The translations under genes were made by a program, and so were the position numbers. The notes beneath the pieces were generated by a model, which worked only from the letters and a program-made list of their open reading frames with translations, had not been told where the DNA came from and searched no databases. A stretch of DNA of 64,000 nt from assembly GCA_026023565.1 (NCBI GenBank), contig JAPETS010000038.1, positions 124,001 to 188,000 of the forward strand, read 5' to 3'. The DNA is from Cirrosporium novae-zelandiae (lineage: Eukaryota). Positions 62,101 through 64,000 of the stretch are shown here, one piece after another (the first letter of the stretch is position 1; each line of letters starts with the position of its first letter).

Positions 62101-63800
62101 TACGGGTTTCAAGTCTAGGGTTATAAGGTTTCAAAGTCCTAAGTTACAGGTTACGGAGGGAGGTTGATAGGGGGTTTGAATGTGGTTGAATCAAGTACGA
62201 GAGGGGGGAAGAGGAGAAGGAGGAAGAGAGGAAGGGAAGGGGAAAGGGAGGTTATGAACATATACATATATGGATATATGGATATATGTATATTTATGCG
62301 TTTATGGTTATGTAATTATGCTATTTCATATTATGTCCATGTCTATTTCTTTACTTTTTTTAAAAAAAATAATAATTCTTGAGTATAAAGGAAGGAAGAA
62401 ACAAACATAAACATAGAACATTAGAGATTAGAGAAAGAAAAGGGAAAACGATGCTGAGGGTAGATGGAGTTGGGGGGGGGGGGGATAAGAGGGGGGTAAA
62501 GGGGAGTAGGGGTAGTGATATTTGAGAAGGTGGGAAAATAAGAAGATAAGAAAAGGGGGGTAAGGAGGAGAGTGAGAAGGGAATAGAAAAAGAAAGAGAG
62601 AGAGAGAGAGAGGGAGGAAACGAGCTTATATCCCATAAGGCCTTTTGGGATTATGAATCCTAGTTGGCTTGTTAGCTAGTTTATAGTTGGTAAGGTTCAT
62701 TGGTTATTATGGATGGTTTGTTGGTTTGTATTGTATAGTTTGTATGAATGAAATAAATAAATAAATAGAAGATGAAAAAGTTAAAAATTTACGCAGATGG
62801 TTATACATCTATATATCTATATATGTATATGTAGATACTAAAGGCTCGATTTGATTCAATTTAATTCTATTTCGTCTATCGATATCTATCCCATTAATCA
62901 TTAACTCGATTCATTTTACACTTTTATTTTAACCCAGTCCAATCCAAATCCAATCCAAATCCAATCCAATCCGTTTCTTTATTCTATTCTTCTAATCTAC
63001 CCACCTTACCACCACTCTTACTACCTTTACTACTACCTTTACTATTCTTTCTTACCTGCCTACCTACCTAAAATCTAAAAACTAATACCAAAAAGGACAG
63101 ACGAGCGTGCGTACGTGGGATATCATATCATAGGTCATAACTACTATTTATTTAATACTTATTTCATATTTACTTGAGCGGCATATCCCATCTAGTGTTA
63201 GAAAAGAGAGAGGTAGAGATACATATATGTATAATTTAGCTGTGTTGTGATATCTACCTACTTAAGTTAGGTTAGGCTAGGCTGGGTAGGTAGGTAGGTA
63301 CTTGATCTATATTGAGGGGAATATCTTTTTTACGATAGTGGGATGAGGATGGTTAGTTTATTTGGGAAATGACTCATCTTGAGGGGATCGTGGAAATGGA
63401 AATTGAAAAAGGAATATGGGGGATAGGAATAGTACAATCATTTGAGAAATGAAATTATGAGGATATGGGAATACAAGCGGGGAGGCAAGCACTCACACAC
63501 ACTTAGCTTGGCGAGATAGAATATAATTTTTTTTTTGGTTGCTGCCTTGGCTGTAGCCGATAACCCGTAGGTGAATAGGCTGGTAGTACGACAGAGTCAA
63601 ATAGGTAGGTAGATGGATTATCCCCCCGCCTCTGGGCCAGCTGATAATTGATGCCTGATGCTCTTGCCGTTTTTGTTTTTTTGTTTATGGAGAGGGAGTA
63701 AATGAAAGAAAGAAAGAGGAGAAAGAAAGAGAGAAAGGCCTTACTCATCCTTTACCTGGTGGACTCTTCTACCAGAGTCCATCTCCAAGTGTAACCGATG
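59150..63800. repeat. Microsatellite-rich, apparently gene-free block
   Basis: (TTGCCA)n ~60697, (GAT)n ~60843, (CCTA)n ~60892, T-run ~61015, (TTC)n ~61988, G-runs; ORFs are repeat translations. Confidence 0.9.
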
Positions 63801-64000
63801 TATGTGTCGATCCTTCATCAGTCTCGCGCCCTCTTGTCTTGCAACGAGTCAATCAAGTAGCTAGTCGGTACGTCAATTTGCCTATGTAAGCTACGATTTG
63901 CGGTTGCGTTGTTTTCAGCTGCTTTTGAGCTTGGGCTTCGGCTTCGGGACAGTGTTTTTTTTCTGTAGTTTTGGTATCGGGGTCGGATGAGGGGATGAAA

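Noticed and set aside
1..64000. CRISPR array, rRNA, telomeric repeats, autonomous transposase or RT genes
   Set aside because: None seen; eukaryotic locus with no repeat-spacer pattern or DDE/RT ORF

Overview
Gene-dense, intron-containing nuclear DNA of a filamentous ascomycete (Pezizomycotina-type GT..CTRAY..AG introns); no prokaryotic features and no CRISPR. I can reconstruct 20 protein genes by hand, mostly conserved housekeeping: a CDA-superfamily deaminase (cut by the window edge) head-to-head with UNG1, MIC26, OCT1, RIM2, a Mae1/TDT transporter, a DUF1989 protein, an APC permease, KAP123, NCR1/NPC1, a sugar porter, PKR1, SmD1, a ~1400-aa coiled-coil protein, MRPL39/bL33m, a CtvD/PaxA-like membrane protein and MED13. 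Features the ORF track misses or does not explain: a box C/D snoRNA (snR71-like guide to LSU rRNA) in a KAP123 intron, a 55-aa stand-alone DnaJ-type zinc-finger gene, a 172-bp MITE plus putative excision footprints, an 88-nt hairpin, and two microsatellite-rich blocks, one built from four diverged modules. I cannot prove a new biological system from sequence alone. The best candidates are the deaminase/UNG1 divergent pair, the zinc-finger microprotein, and the extended DUF1989 gene beside a permease. All family calls are from motif recognition, not database searches.
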